From positions 1 through 64,000 of IMG/VR virus record IMGVR_UViG_3300046804_004123: DNA of 64,000 nucleotides; one strand, given 5' to 3'. A program made the translations under genes and the position numbers. Source of the stretch: a virus. Its lineage: Duplodnaviria > Caudoviricetes. Positions 9,701 to 20,424 of the stretch are shown here, piece after piece. Each line of letters begins with the position of its first letter. Positions within the stretch are counted from its first letter, which is position 1. Under the pieces are notes generated by a model. It worked only from the letters and a program-made list of their open reading frames with translations. It did no database searches and had not been told where the DNA came from.

Positions 9701-11770
9701 TAAACTATTTCCAACAGTCGCAATTCCACTCAAATAAGAATCACCATCTACATTAAGAGATTGATTAATATCTACATTATCATCAATTTCTACAGTACCA
9801 CCAGTAGAATTTAAAACTAAATTACCAGATCTAGTATCAATTTGATTTACATTACCTACTCCTAAACGAATGTTATTGATGTGTGCTTCGGTAAATCTTT
9901 TATCTGAAGATCCAAGATAAGCACCATCAGAATCTGGAAGAAGACCAGTTCCAACTGTGGTAATTCCCGTTAGATATACGTTACCATCAACATTCAAAGA
10001 TTCATTAATATCTACATTATCATCAATTTCTACAGTACCACCAGTAGAATCTAAAAGAAGATTTCCACTTCTTGTATCAATTTCTCCGTTTGATGATGAA
10101 CCTATTCTGATATTATTAATATGTGCTTCTGTAAAACTTTTATCTGAAGATCCAAGATAAGCACCATCAGAATCTGGAAGAAGACCAGTTCCAACTGTGG
10201 CAATTCCAGATAAAATTGCAGATCCATCAATATTTAAATTTCCATCCACATCAAGATTATCTTGAACATTGACAGTTCCACCTGTTGAATCTAAAACTAA
10301 ATCACCACTTCCTGTATCAATTTTATTAGTGGCCGATACACCTAAACGAATATCATCAATATAAGCTTCAGTAAATCTTCTATCTGAAGAACCAAGATAA
10401 GCACCATTGGAATCTGGAACAAGACCAGTTTCAACTGTAGCAATACCTGATAAAATTGCTGATCCAGTAACAGATAAATTATCTTGAACTAAAACAGTTT
10501 TTGAATTTGCTCCTAATTTTAAATCTCCAGAAGAAGTTGTTAAAGTATTTGTTTCTTCATTTAACTTAACATTTCCAGAATTTAAAGATGTAATTTTAGC
10601 GTTTGAAGTTACTTCAAGACTTATAGTCTTAATAGATGATGCTGTTGTTACTCCAGTTTGAGAATAAGAAGAATCTAATGTAGTTGTTGTGATAATTCCA
10701 GAATTAATTCTGGTTATTTCATTTGTAGCAGTTGGTGTTCCTGATGTTATTTTAGTAACTGTTAAATTATTAAGATATGAAGTTGAATTAACTCTTAAAT
10801 TATTCGTTGTTGTAAATCCAGTAGCAAAAAAGTTGGTCGAAGTTACTAAACCTGCTGTAATTATTCCAGTTGGTAAAGAAATGTTATTAGACCATGCAAG
10901 GCCATTAGATCCATTAGCAACTAAAAATTGTCCTGCAGATCCGCTATTATTTGCAATGTAGATTCCAGAACCACCAGAAAACTTTAATGATCCTGTAGAA
11001 GAAATTTCTAAAGTTGATGATACTGTTGAAATTCCAGAAAAATTTAAATTTCTTACAGTTATTCCTTTAGTTACTAATCCATGAATATTAAAAGTTGAAA
11101 TTCCAGAAATAGTAGCTCCAGAAGAAACAACTACATCTCTAATTGTTGCTATTCCTGTAGGAAGATTTATTTGAGATGGTAATCTTGCATTATTTAATGT
11201 TCCAGAAGATATGTTAGATGCATTTATTTCTGTAATTCCGCCACCAGGACCAGAAAATTGACCAGCTGTTATAATTCCAGTTGCTTTTATGGAACCAAAT
11301 GAATTAATTCCAACACCACCCGAAGGAATAATTGCTGGATCTACTGTATCTGGATTTCTTCCAACTGTAAAAATGTATGGCAATGAAGCATCAGTTGTTC
11401 CTATACCAACTGATCCTTTTGAATATATACTTACATATGCTGCTGATGGATCAACATCTACCCATTGGGATGTTGGAATATTAGTTAATGTCGACCCATC
11501 CCCATAAAATTTTACAGCACTTACAATACCAGAAGAAGCAGTTAAAGTTATACTATTTCCAACACTTATTTTATTAAATGTTCCTACTCCAGTGACATTT
11601 AAATTTTTTGCTGTTGTAAGACCAGATATTGAAGCATCACCGTATAAATCTAAAGTATATCTTGGAATTGTTGTTCCAATGCCAACCAGTCCATTTGAGT
11701 TGATGAAAAAATTATCTTCATCAACTTGGACGCCATTCCTAAAACTAAATGACTTATTATAATTGGGCAT
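6779..11770 (-). CDS. Long tail fibre / virion structural protein (1663 aa) with about 80-aa tandem repeats
   Basis: VGIGTT motifs, S/T/G/I-rich composition, repeated EAHIxxIRxG...IDTRSGNLxLxSTGGTVEIDD units; late promoter upstream. Confidence 0.85.
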   Translation of the reverse strand: MPNYNKSFSFRNGVQVDEDNFFINSNGLVGIGTTIPRYTLDLYGDASISGLTTAKNLNVTGVGTFNKISVGNSITLTASSGIVSAVKFYGDGSTLTNIPTSQWVDVDPSAAYVSIYSKGSVGIGTTDASLPYIFTVGRNPDTVDPAIIPSGGVGINSFGSIKATGIITAGQFSGPGGGITEINASNISSGTLNNARLPSQINLPTGIATIRDVVVSSGATISGISTFNIHGLVTKGITVRNLNFSGISTVSSTLEISSTGSLKFSGGSGIYIANNSGSAGQFLVANGSNGLAWSNNISLPTGIITAGLVTSTNFFATGFTTTNNLRVNSTSYLNNLTVTKITSGTPTATNEITRINSGIITTTTLDSSYSQTGVTTASSIKTISLEVTSNAKITSLNSGNVKLNEETNTLTTSSGDLKLGANSKTVLVQDNLSVTGSAILSGIATVETGLVPDSNGAYLGSSDRRFTEAYIDDIRLGVSATNKIDTGSGDLVLDSTGGTVNVQDNLDVDGNLNIDGSAILSGIATVGTGLLPDSDGAYLGSSDKSFTEAHINNIRIGSSSNGEIDTRSGNLLLDSTGGTVEIDDNVDINESLNVDGNVYLTGITTVGTGLLPDSDGAYLGSSDKRFTEAHINNIRLGVGNVNQIDTRSGNLVLNSTGGTVEIDDNVDINQSLNVDGDSYLSGIATVGNSLLPSSNNSVSIGSTIKAFSEAHIDELQIGLPSAAGIISTRSGNLSLDSLTRKVTVSQDLSIGRNVEISGIATIANNLRVGSDLIPSTNTTSTIGSASLRFAGAHIDDIRIGVTDVNVIDTRTGNLLLNSTGGTVEIDDNVDINQSLNVDGDSYLTGITTIGVGILPDSNGAYIGNSSNTFSEAHIDNIRIGVSGVNEIDTKSGNLRLNSTDGTVEIDDKVDINESLNVDGQSYLSGIATVGTSLLPGSDGGATLGSSAKSFSSLHVGNLNLGVSANEINTRSGNLSLNSTGGTVTVNDKLSVSETLNVDGQSYLSGIATVAEGLLPDSDLGAYLGSSSLAFSESHVGNIRIGAGVDDDNTIATKSGDLKLKSDSNIIKVVNNLKVDGTTELTGITSVSTGIVPTSDKSGYLGSLNYSFENAHINNIRIAVASTSTIDTVSGDLILQSNSNFVQVNDNLVVGGGLTVTNNISAGTFFVNNITKKVGIGTTNPENALDLISDDSDITLLVRTRSSSDTPSIVLKSGSTAGNIQFNELEDRNLTILNQGPGSIVNKLHSGNSGINTGDHIWKYKDNDLMSLTYNGKLGIGITNPLETVEIVGTSTVTGNSFVGGNLKIKGDLTVTGNPSINFPSNYNFNVGIISCTRLETNNLVANTDVSTQNIIDLKTIAKSVGVSSINVLDPIKFTGSTFFVNDVIVGAGLTINNGYQLVVKGSAGAASTISGSDVITGNIDSKTANIIRIDASNIQTTNLNVTGITTVYTLNITSTVGLTTFSDVSVASSIKLNSSYSKLFVGTQESFDNFVGIGTSSSLPLTSLYTHNNILTKGIIIGSGVTSASGIILNNNSLYLTDGSINLNRNVTININHDPTDSNYQYQSGKSLQIFDPNSTTVVGLGTTIARSILDFSNAGNNTTIEVNYQTNVGIATTTLDRFRFILPPSITSAERVGLATVEGAFIFNKTTKQHQMYDGTTWHDMY
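8400..10500 (-). repeat. About 240-bp (80-aa) tandem repeat array within the fibre gene
   Basis: 9901-9960 and 10141-10200 are identical 60-mers; a variant lies at 10381-10440. Confidence 0.9.
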
Positions 11771-11787
11771 CGTTTATACTTTTTTAG

Positions 11788-14700
11788 TTATTTATCCAAT
11801 AGAGATTGTAATCTATCAACTTTATCATTAAGTTCTTTAATTGCTTCAATAAGTAAAGGAACAATTTTTTCATACTTAACAAGGAGAATATTTTCCCCAT
11901 TGAATTCTCTTTCAATAACTGCTTCTGGAAGAACTTTTTGAACTTCTTGAGCAGAAACACCTACACATGTATCGGATTCATTAAATCCAAGAGAAACTGC
12001 TTTTTCATTCCAAGTATAAGTAAATCCACTTAAAGATAAAACTTTATCTAAAGCATTACTTAATTTTTCTTTATTTTCTTTTAATTTATCATCAGATGAA
12101 GATCCAAAAAATGCAACAATATCACCTTTACAACGCAATTCTGGAGATCCTCCTCCTTGGAATGTTAAAAGATCACCAGAAGTTGTTAAGTTGACTCCTG
12201 TTTGATAAGGTATAGCACCAACTGTGCTTCCTACAATGTTAGTTGCTGTGGTTGCAGTTTTAGCATTTCCATTTAATCCACCATCTGCTTTTATTGAACC
12301 AGTAAAAGTTGATGTTCCACTAACAAATAATGTAGTTTTTACTGTTAATGCTGTACCAACGTTTACAGTTTTTCCTACATAAAGATCATCTTGTATTCCA
12401 GCTCCACCAAAAACAACTAAAGATCCCGAATCAAAACTAGTTGATGGTGTTTTCTTTAATGAGGATCCAATAGTAGCATGGGTTGTTGTGCTGTTTTGAC
12501 CAGTTACAGTTAAATTAGTTGTTGTTGTTGTAGCTTTACAATCTAAATTCCCTTGAATAGTTGTATCACCTTCATCAGTAGTAACTTTGAATTTTTCTTG
12601 TCCAGCACTATTTTGAATAGAAAAAGATTTATTTAAAGATTTTATTACGACATTGTTTGTAAATGTTGTTAAACCAACAACATAAACTTTATCATTACTG
12701 GCATCATTTCCTATGTTTATTTGAGTGTTTGCACTATCAAGAATTAACGGTCCACTTGAAGTTGATAAAATATTGTCATTTAAGACCAATGAATCAATAT
12801 ATGCAGCAGAAAATACTTTTTCAGATTCTCCAAGAGAAACTCCTTGAGTAGTTTTTGGAAGAATATTATTTCCAAGATTCACTTTATTGGTGAATGAAGA
12901 TATACCAGTTACGTCAAGATTTCTTCCAATTATAAAATCAAAATTAGTTTCTACTGCATTACTTGATGCATTTATAACTAAATTTTGTCCAACTCCAGGA
13001 CTAAGACTTTTTGATGAGATTGAGTTATTATCAATAAAAATTTCATCTATGTGTGCTTCAGACCAACCAAGAGCATCAGTTCCCAAAGAAGAACCTTCAT
13101 CAGTTTTTGGAGATATATTTGATCCAAAATATGCAAGAGCTTCAAACGTTGAGACTCCAACAAATTTGGAACCTTGAGTTACTTCAAAACCTCTTAAAAC
13201 ATTAACTTTTGAATTATTTGCATCTAATTTTAAAGTACCAGATTTTGTAGAAATTAAGTTATCATCATCATTAGTAGAACCATCTGTTCCATATGCAATT
13301 TGAATGTTTCCGATATGAGCATCAGAGAATGGTAAATCCGTAGTTCCTATATAAGCACCTAAAGATTCATCAGGTACAATACTTACGTCAATTTGAACAG
13401 ATTTTCTAAATCTGGAAGTTTCATCTACGTTAAGTGTTCCATTAACATCTAAATCATCGTCAACTTCTGTTGTACCAGAATCAGAATTTAAAATTAAATT
13501 TTTACTATTTTTAGTTGTTATTTGATTTTTATCATTAGTTGTTGAAATTTTAATATCACCTATCCACGCTTGACCAAATTGTTTTTCTTCATTTCCAATA
13601 TAAGAAGCATAATTAGTAGCAGGAAGTAATCCAGAAGCGACTGTAGTCAATCCAGCAAGATAAGTTGTACTATCAACATTAAGTGTTTGATTAACATCAA
13701 GTTTATCATCAATTTCAACAGTTCCAAAAGCTGAATCTAAAACTAAGGCACCAGTTCTGGTATCAATTTTATTTACCGCAGAAACTGCTATTCTAATATC
13801 ATCAATATGAGCCTCAGTAAAACGCTTTCCAACAGTTCCAATTCCACATGCTAATTGTGTTGTTGGGAATATTCCGTTTGTAAAAGATGTAAGTCCAGCA
13901 AGAATTGCATTACCATCAACATTTAAATTATTGTTAACATCTAAATTATCATCAACTTCTACAGTTCCATTTGCAGAATCTAAATATAAGTTACCAGTTA
14001 TAGATTTTATTGTTCTATCATTTTGGTCAGTATTAGTTCCTGTAGCAATTCCAATTTCACCAATCCATGCTTCGCTAAATGGTAAAGATACAGTTCCTAA
14101 ATAAGCACCTTCATCTTGGTGAGGGACTAATCCAGTTGCGACAGTGGTAAGACCAGCAAGATAAGTTCTACCATCAACATTAAGTGTTTCATTAACATCA
14201 AGTTTATCATCAATTTCAACTGTTCCGAAATTTGAATCTAGAGTAAGAGATCCAGCTCTAGTATCAATTATTGCTTGACCAGAAACACCTATTCTAATGT
14301 TATCAATCCATGCTTCACTAAATCTTCTATTTTCAAGACCAATTCCACATCCTTCTGTAATTGAAGGAACTATTCCATTAGTTACTGTTACAATTCCAGT
14401 AAATATTGAACTTTCATCAACAGTTAATTTTGCATTGACACTAACTTGGTTTGTAGAAGCATCTAATAAAAGGTCTCCACTTGCAGTATCAATTTTAGTT
14501 GTTTCTGTATAACCTATTCTTATTTCATCAATATGAGCTTCTTTAAACTTTTTAGTTAGACTTCCAAGTGCTGCATTATTAGAAGCTGTTGTTGTGCTTG
14601 GTAAAATATCAGAATCAAAAACCGCAGTATCATTAAATACAACCCCCTCAACAACTTTAAGGGTGTTATTAACGACTAAATCATCATCAATTTCAGTTTT

Positions 14701-17700
14701 TCCTCCAGCAGAATTTAAAATCAAGTTTCCAGATCTTGTGCTTATTTTTGCAGTTCCACCAACACCGATGTTTATTTCGGCAATATGTGCTTCTTTAAAT
14801 GAGGTTGTTGCCGAACCGATATAAGAATTTTCATCACTATCTGGAAGAATTCCAGTATCAATTTGAAGATTTCCTTGTATACGAGAATTACCTTTAACTA
14901 ATAAAGTTTGTCCAACTTCTAAATTGTCAGTAATTGATGTTATTCCTGAAGAAGAATTTAGAATAAGATTTCCAGTTAAACCTCTAATAGTTCTATCTTG
15001 ATCTTCAGTTCCTCCAGGAACACCTTCGGTGGCAATTCCAACACCTGCAATCCAAGCAGATGCCCAAGGTTTATCTGATTGACCAATGTAAGCACTTTCT
15101 ATTGTTTCTGGAATTAATCCAGAATTAAATACAACAGGACCCTCAAATATAGTATTTCCATAAACTCTAAAGTTTTGACCTACGTTTAAATTCTTAAGAA
15201 TTCCAACTCCACCTCTAACAACAAGTGCTCCATTATTAATTGCGGTTGATTGCTCAAGATTATTGAATTTAACTAAACCAGAAGTTACTAATAGTGCATT
15301 AATTTTAATTTGCTCACTATTGAAAATTACATTCTCACTAAAGTTGACTGGTCCATCAAATTGTGATAGAATTTGTTTAGATTTACCACCTTCAACAACG
15401 ATACGTTCTCTAACAATAATTTCATCAAATAATGCACTTAAACGTGTTGGATCTTGCCCAGTAACTGTTGCAACTGGAATATCAAAACTCTTTTCTTCTC
15501 CAGATTGTGCAGAATATTTTGTATTGCCAATAAAGAAATCACCAGCACTATTCATTCCAGTATAAAGTGCAGACCCACCGGATCTTTCTTGTGCTTGAGC
15601 AAGAAAATCTTCTCTTTCAGATAAAGTTTTGACTTGAATTTGAGGCAAACCAGTTGAATAGTTACCAGGTCCATACCCAAGATATTCAAATGTATGTCCA
15701 GATGCTCTTAAAATAGATGGTCTACGAAGTTCAATTGGAATTGGTTTTATTTTCTTAATTAATGCCCCAGTGCCGTGAGTATCTTTTGTAGTACCAAAGT
15801 ATCCTCTAATAGCAGTAATTTTATTATTGCCAGATCCACTTAAAGTACTGCTGGAAATTCTCATGATTTCGCTATCAATCATAATATAACTACCGAGATC
15901 AAATCTAGTAGTAGTAGAAATTCCAGCATTTGGAATAGAAATTGCAAATGTTGCAGTTCCAGAAGATTCTGTAGCACTTATATTTTCACTAAGAATAGCA
16001 TATTCTTTATCATAGAAGTGATGACCTCTAGATCCTATATTTTCATTTGCTGCATTTGAAATAATATCATTTGAGTTTATACCATATTTTAATATTCTAA
16101 CTGCATTATTAAAACTAGTGTTTGTTAGTGCAGTAAATGTATTAACTCCAACGACTTCTCTAACAATATAATCTCCAAGATTATTAGATGCTGAAAAACT
16201 ATCAGCAACAACTTTAAACTTGTTACCAACAACTAATCCATGCCCAAGACCAAATGTAAATGTAGTAATTCCAGTTACTGAAGAATATTGTGTTGTAGAA
16301 GTTACAGTTGATGGACCAACTTGTATTGCAAATTGACCAGGTACAATTTTTGGATCACCTGCTGTTTTAGCTACTGCAATTTCAGTTGTAGATAATACAC
16401 TTTGAATTCTTAATAAGTTATCTGATGCAGTTCCAATTCCAGTAAACTGAATAACATTATTAACTGGAGTTGTTATTGACGCAGATGATAAAGTTATTGT
16501 AGATGGACTAAATCCTTCTACTCTTAAAGTTTGACCAGAAATATATCCACAACCATTATCAGTAATTTGCAAACTTGTTATTGTTCCACCGGAAACAACT
16601 ACAGTTGCAGTTGCACCATTCCAAGTGGTATCTGTATTTGTAAGTCTGACATTATAATATGTTCCATTTGTGAAACCAGAACCAGAACTTAAAGCAGAAT
16701 ACCCAACAATTCCACCAAGTCCATGCTCTCTATTAAAAGTTATATTAGAAATTCCACTAACAGGATCAGTTGCAGAAGAAACAACCATTCCTTCTCCAAA
16801 AGTTTTAATTAAAGTATCTAATGATTCTCGGGTAATACTCTTTTTAAGATCATTAGTTACAACATCGCCTAATGGAGATGATTTTGCAAAAGAGAATGCT
16901 GCTTTTGGATTGTCATCTACATTATCTCTATCTTGTTGAGGATATAAATCAACTACACTTTGACTATACTTATATTCAGTAAAATGATTTGGTACAGGAA
17001 GATCACCTTTTAAAACATAAGCATGATAGATACCATCCTGTGCATTAAAGATGTAGGGACTAATTGTTTCTACTCTATAGACATAAAGATTAGATTGTAA
17101 ATCATTTCTTTCAATTCTTGGCCAATCTCTAGTTTTTTCTGTTGGTGCAGTAAATGTTCCAACATTATGCTCTATACCAAAAATATCAGTTGTTGAATAT
17201 GTGAAGTTTTTATGATCAACTATTGATGCTACTCTAAAATCTCCATTATATCCTTTGTTATCTAATCCAGTTGTATTTGTGCTTGACTTTACATTTTTGA
17301 TGAATATTCTGTCACCAGCATTTAATTTGTGTGGTTTTTCTGTTCTTACAGAAACAACATCACCAGATTCTGAACATACACTAATAAATCTGTAATTTCT
17401 CTTATAATCAAAATTGTTTAATCCAATATTAGATAAAGTAAATTCTGATGTTTCAAGAGCACCAGTTTTATTTGATTCTTGAATTACAAATCCTTCGGAA
17501 GGAGCTTTTGCATTTGGTGCTTCTTTTGGAATAACTATTCTAAGTTTATAAAGACGTTCATCAAGGCTTCTACTATCTGGTATTCTAGAAACATATGTTG
17601 CTTCTGTTCTCGGTTCATTATCAAATCCAGCAGTTCCTAAACTTACAATATTTGGATAAATTGTATTTGCTGGATCTAAATGAACAAACCAGTTTGAATT

Positions 17701-19965
17701 ATTTGGATCATATTGAAGTGGTGACCCAACATCACCACTTTCTTTATCAATTACTCTACTTATAACTTTAAGATTTGCGCCACCACTAACATTAATTGCA
17801 ACACCATTGATAGCATTTGTAAGTGAAGTTGCTACTTTTAATTCTGTTGTTTGGAATCCAGATCCTCTTATGGCATAATAAACTGTTCCTTGTTGAATAT
17901 TATCTGGAAGTTCTCCAGTATCACTAACAAAAACAATTTTTTCACCAGTTTGTAATTTATGTATAGATGATGTTAATAAAGTATCATATTTTGGAGCAAC
18001 CGCATAAGTTCCTATTGTGTATTCTTTTTGATAACTACTTGATCCATCAATCCATAATGAAGATGGACTGATTGCATTATCAGACATCAAAATTTTTCCA
18101 CTCGTAACAGTTTGTTCTACGCCTGGAAGAGTCAGATAAAGTTTTTCGTCTTTTCTAGCACCAATTTTAGCACCAGAAACTACAGAAGGTGGTGGGTTGT
18201 CTAACGTTTTAAATCCAAAAAGATACAGATGACTTGAAATTCCAACAGAAGTAGTCAATCCAATATCAATTGTCATCCAATCAGTTGTTTGCTCAAATGC
18301 AGTAACTGCTTTTGGTGTTATAATTGAAGTAATATAACCGTAATTATCTTTTGTAAATGCCTCCTTTTTAAATCCATCTGCTAATAATGAAAATTGACCA
18401 AAGTTTGAGTTTGAGTTAGTGATAGATTGGTCACCACCAGAAAATGCTACGAAATGAGCATTAAATCCGATTGCGAAAACAGAAACAACCTGAATAATTG
18501 CATCATTTGAACATTTAATGTGAGAGGTTTCCCATCCTTGACGATAAACTGCATCTGCATCAAGGTGATAAACTGTAGCACTATTAGTTGAAGCAGATTC
18601 TGAAGATAATTTACTACCAATTGATCTTGTAATTGGTATTCCTAGATAAGTTTTACTGAATGGATCATATTTTACAAATGCACGGTCATCTTTTTGAAGT
18701 GAAATTGCAGTAAACTGTGCAACAACCATAGAACGGAAACCAGATGCCTTGCTTCCATCTGTGTGCATTCCGTTCAATCCCCAGACAGAACGTAATGAAC
18801 AGTTAAAGATGTATGGTGAAGCACCTCTAACAGTATCAGTATCAATAACAACGTTTGCCGATCCACCAGGATCTGCAGGAAGATCATTTCTAACAGACTG
18901 TAGTAAATAAGTAAATGTTGTTGGTGTAGGGACTGATTGTACTACTGTCGAAATATTATAATCAAATACATTAACTCCTCTTATTTTAATTGGCGTATCT
19001 ACAGTAAGACCATGTGGAGTTGATGTGGTAACATTTACTATTGCGTTTGGAGTTGCTCTATCTCCAGAATAAATGTCTGTGATTAAAACAGGGTCTGTTC
19101 CAAAAGCACCAACAATTTCCCATTCACTTCTTTGCTTGGAAAATCCTTCTGGTAATAGTGGGAATTTTTGTCCAGATGGAACTTCTCTTCCAGATCCTTC
19201 GTTAAATGCATTTGATAACTTGGCATAATACATATCCAAGTCAGTTATATCATATCCAGAAGGAATATTTACACCATCAACATATTCAAAACAAGTTAAT
19301 TTGTGGTGAGAAAATGTTGGGATTGCCTGATTTCCAGAATTAGCACTGAATACCTGATGATCTGTATAAACTGTCTCTGCAGGATTGGCATCAAAGAAAG
19401 TAAAATTCCAGAAGAAACAATTACCAGTTACTCTAAAAATAGCAGAATTTGGTACATCAACATCTGTTGGATTTGGAATATATTTTGGTCTTATTTTTGT
19501 TTTTCTTAAATCTAAACCAATGATTGAAGTTCCTCTTGGAAGAATAACTCCGCCATTAACACTATTAAATTTATAAAGAACGTTATCTTCTTGAGTTAAA
19601 TCAAAATTAGTTTGTAAATCTAATTTAAAAGTTTCTGAAGCTGGTGTTCTAGTGACTCCAGAAGGAGAAATTGATTCGGCAAGAGCTACTCCTGCCTCTC
19701 TAATTCCAAATCCAGGTCTATTATCTATTAAATGTTCTCCTGGAAAAACAAGAATTGTTGTTCTATCATTTCTATCGTTATTTTCGCCAGGTATAAATGA
19801 GAATCTAGCTGATTCTAAAAGTGCCCTTTGAATTGTTTTGAATGGTTTTGCTAAAGAATTACCCTGATTGGTAATGCTATCTGTTGCATCTAAATCGTTT
19901 GAATTGACATATAGAATTCTACCTTCATAATTCTTGATAAAATTCTCTAGCTTATTAAGAGGCAT
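11788..19965 (-). CDS. Giant tail fibre (2725 aa) with C-terminal intramolecular chaperone (peptidase S74)
   Basis: C-terminal SSDDKLKEN...GVSAQEVQKVLPEAV...YEKIVPLLIEAIKEL; N-terminal beta-helix-like region; same 80-aa repeat family as the neighbouring gene. Confidence 0.85.
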   Translation of the reverse strand: MPLNKLENFIKNYEGRILYVNSNDLDATDSITNQGNSLAKPFKTIQRALLESARFSFIPGENNDRNDRTTILVFPGEHLIDNRPGFGIREAGVALAESISPSGVTRTPASETFKLDLQTNFDLTQEDNVLYKFNSVNGGVILPRGTSIIGLDLRKTKIRPKYIPNPTDVDVPNSAIFRVTGNCFFWNFTFFDANPAETVYTDHQVFSANSGNQAIPTFSHHKLTCFEYVDGVNIPSGYDITDLDMYYAKLSNAFNEGSGREVPSGQKFPLLPEGFSKQRSEWEIVGAFGTDPVLITDIYSGDRATPNAIVNVTTSTPHGLTVDTPIKIRGVNVFDYNISTVVQSVPTPTTFTYLLQSVRNDLPADPGGSANVVIDTDTVRGASPYIFNCSLRSVWGLNGMHTDGSKASGFRSMVVAQFTAISLQKDDRAFVKYDPFSKTYLGIPITRSIGSKLSSESASTNSATVYHLDADAVYRQGWETSHIKCSNDAIIQVVSVFAIGFNAHFVAFSGGDQSITNSNSNFGQFSLLADGFKKEAFTKDNYGYITSIITPKAVTAFEQTTDWMTIDIGLTTSVGISSHLYLFGFKTLDNPPPSVVSGAKIGARKDEKLYLTLPGVEQTVTSGKILMSDNAISPSSLWIDGSSSYQKEYTIGTYAVAPKYDTLLTSSIHKLQTGEKIVFVSDTGELPDNIQQGTVYYAIRGSGFQTTELKVATSLTNAINGVAINVSGGANLKVISRVIDKESGDVGSPLQYDPNNSNWFVHLDPANTIYPNIVSLGTAGFDNEPRTEATYVSRIPDSRSLDERLYKLRIVIPKEAPNAKAPSEGFVIQESNKTGALETSEFTLSNIGLNNFDYKRNYRFISVCSESGDVVSVRTEKPHKLNAGDRIFIKNVKSSTNTTGLDNKGYNGDFRVASIVDHKNFTYSTTDIFGIEHNVGTFTAPTEKTRDWPRIERNDLQSNLYVYRVETISPYIFNAQDGIYHAYVLKGDLPVPNHFTEYKYSQSVVDLYPQQDRDNVDDNPKAAFSFAKSSPLGDVVTNDLKKSITRESLDTLIKTFGEGMVVSSATDPVSGISNITFNREHGLGGIVGYSALSSGSGFTNGTYYNVRLTNTDTTWNGATATVVVSGGTITSLQITDNGCGYISGQTLRVEGFSPSTITLSSASITTPVNNVIQFTGIGTASDNLLRIQSVLSTTEIAVAKTAGDPKIVPGQFAIQVGPSTVTSTTQYSSVTGITTFTFGLGHGLVVGNKFKVVADSFSASNNLGDYIVREVVGVNTFTALTNTSFNNAVRILKYGINSNDIISNAANENIGSRGHHFYDKEYAILSENISATESSGTATFAISIPNAGISTTTRFDLGSYIMIDSEIMRISSSTLSGSGNNKITAIRGYFGTTKDTHGTGALIKKIKPIPIELRRPSILRASGHTFEYLGYGPGNYSTGLPQIQVKTLSEREDFLAQAQERSGGSALYTGMNSAGDFFIGNTKYSAQSGEEKSFDIPVATVTGQDPTRLSALFDEIIVRERIVVEGGKSKQILSQFDGPVNFSENVIFNSEQIKINALLVTSGLVKFNNLEQSTAINNGALVVRGGVGILKNLNVGQNFRVYGNTIFEGPVVFNSGLIPETIESAYIGQSDKPWASAWIAGVGIATEGVPGGTEDQDRTIRGLTGNLILNSSSGITSITDNLEVGQTLLVKGNSRIQGNLQIDTGILPDSDENSYIGSATTSFKEAHIAEINIGVGGTAKISTRSGNLILNSAGGKTEIDDDLVVNNTLKVVEGVVFNDTAVFDSDILPSTTTASNNAALGSLTKKFKEAHIDEIRIGYTETTKIDTASGDLLLDASTNQVSVNAKLTVDESSIFTGIVTVTNGIVPSITEGCGIGLENRRFSEAWIDNIRIGVSGQAIIDTRAGSLTLDSNFGTVEIDDKLDVNETLNVDGRTYLAGLTTVATGLVPHQDEGAYLGTVSLPFSEAWIGEIGIATGTNTDQNDRTIKSITGNLYLDSANGTVEVDDNLDVNNNLNVDGNAILAGLTSFTNGIFPTTQLACGIGTVGKRFTEAHIDDIRIAVSAVNKIDTRTGALVLDSAFGTVEIDDKLDVNQTLNVDSTTYLAGLTTVASGLLPATNYASYIGNEEKQFGQAWIGDIKISTTNDKNQITTKNSKNLILNSDSGTTEVDDDLDVNGTLNVDETSRFRKSVQIDVSIVPDESLGAYIGTTDLPFSDAHIGNIQIAYGTDGSTNDDDNLISTKSGTLKLDANNSKVNVLRGFEVTQGSKFVGVSTFEALAYFGSNISPKTDEGSSLGTDALGWSEAHIDEIFIDNNSISSKSLSPGVGQNLVINASSNAVETNFDFIIGRNLDVTGISSFTNKVNLGNNILPKTTQGVSLGESEKVFSAAYIDSLVLNDNILSTSSGPLILDSANTQINIGNDASNDKVYVVGLTTFTNNVVIKSLNKSFSIQNSAGQEKFKVTTDEGDTTIQGNLDCKATTTTTNLTVTGQNSTTTHATIGSSLKKTPSTSFDSGSLVVFGGAGIQDDLYVGKTVNVGTALTVKTTLFVSGTSTFTGSIKADGGLNGNAKTATTATNIVGSTVGAIPYQTGVNLTTSGDLLTFQGGGSPELRCKGDIVAFFGSSSDDKLKENKEKLSNALDKVLSLSGFTYTWNEKAVSLGFNESDTCVGVSAQEVQKVLPEAVIEREFNGENILLVKYEKIVPLLIEAIKELNDKVDRLQSLLDK

Positions 19966-19997
19966 CGGAGTATATGAACCAATATATTTCTATGTTT

Positions 19998-20004
19998 TAT
20001 TTAG
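19998..20004 (-). promoter_or_regulatory. T4-like late promoter CTAAATA
   Basis: About 33 nt upstream of the fibre start codon; similar sites at 11789, 20328, 52158 and 60740. Confidence 0.6.
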
Positions 20005-20321
20005 TTCAGTAAATCCTCTTCATCAAAAACATAATAGTCTTCATCTGGCATATCTTCAGGATTCTCTAACTCAATTGGAAACAAACAAGGATGTACTTGT
20101 TCATCTATCAAATAAAATGAACTTTTGTATAAATCTTCTGGTTCAAATGACCTTTGTTTATCTGCTTCTCTACAAAGATCTTGATCGTATAAATGCCCGT
20201 CTGGTAGTTCATCAAAAGTAAATGGAACATGATTGATGAAATACATTTTCACAATCATACTGCCATTATTATACCAACAGTATGCGTGATCAATACGATA
20301 AGACATAGGATTTACTCCCAT
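20001..20321 (-). CDS. Conserved hypothetical cyanophage protein
   Basis: ORF track; acidic C-terminus; ATAAATA upstream. Confidence 0.75.
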   Translation of the reverse strand: MGVNPMSYRIDHAYCWYNNGSMIVKMYFINHVPFTFDELPDGHLYDQDLCREADKQRSFEPEDLYKSSFYLIDEQVHPCLFPIELENPEDMPDEDYYVFDEEDLLN

Positions 20322-20338
20322 ATCTTATATTTATTTTA

Positions 20339-20420
20339 TGCCCCCAGTCAGATTTGAACTGACAAGCCTCGTAGGCGGTTGATTTTGAGTCAACTGTGTT
20401 TACCGTTTCACCACAGGGGC
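20339..20420 (-). tRNA. trnL: tRNA-Leu(CAA)
   Basis: GCCCCTG acceptor, GTTGA-CTCAAAA-TCAAC anticodon arm, long variable arm, GTTCAAATC T-loop; CCA not encoded. Confidence 0.92.
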
Positions 20421-20424
20421 AAGG

